DNA of 64,000 nucleotides from Escherichia coli (GTDB lineage Bacteria; Pseudomonadota; Gammaproteobacteria; Enterobacterales; Enterobacteriaceae): NCBI RefSeq assembly GCF_024223415.1, contig NZ_CP100500.1; one strand, 5' to 3'. Shown piece by piece: positions 63,919 to 64,000 of this stretch (position 1 is its first letter; each line of letters starts with the position of its first letter). The notes under the pieces were generated by a model. It saw only the letters and a program-made list of their open reading frames with translations, ran no database searches and was not told where the DNA came from. The position numbers and the translations under genes were made by a program.

Positions 63919-64000
63919 TGTTCAACTGTCGCCGGTTGTGACTGGTATTCTGCAACCGGCGCTCGTCTGATGTAAGAGATAAAGAAATCGATGAGCGAAG

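Overview
Enterobacterial (Escherichia coli-like) chromosome. Positions 1-20152 are a conserved core block, gene-for-gene like the K-12 glsB-sad-yneJ-yneK-ydeA-marC-marRAB-eamA-ydeE-mgtS/mgrR-dgcZ-ydeI-ydeJ-dcp-ydfG-ydfH-ydfZ-ydfI-ydfJ region. From about 20153 to the window end is a Qin-like lambdoid prophage inserted in the 5' end of ydfJ. Unlike the degraded K-12 Qin, it keeps a full morphogenetic module: terminase small and large subunits, portal, fused prohead protease-major capsid protein, FII/Z/U/V/G-T/H/M/L/K/I/J tail genes, lom, side tail fibre and assembly protein, and the PinQ invertase. It also carries a lysis cassette (pinholin, YdfR, SAR endolysin, Rz/Rz1), cold-shock morons (cspI, cspB, cspF), Q antiterminator, hokD and relBE toxin-antitoxin loci, flxA, a DDE transposase insertion, an O-like replication gene, the dicC/dicA immunity switch, dicF sRNA, dicB, ydfD and a long YdfE-like protein with a C-terminal DEDDh exonuclease domain. 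The most notable sequence-level observation is a perfect 26-bp tandem duplication in the 3' end of dgcZ that frameshifts away the conserved GGDEF-domain C-terminus. I did not find a clearly novel multi-gene system; the candidates worth follow-up are small uncharacterised ORFs and the putative cos region. Gene names are recalled from K-12 protein sequences, not searched. Coordinates of features not on the ORF track were counted by hand and may be off by 1-2 nt.
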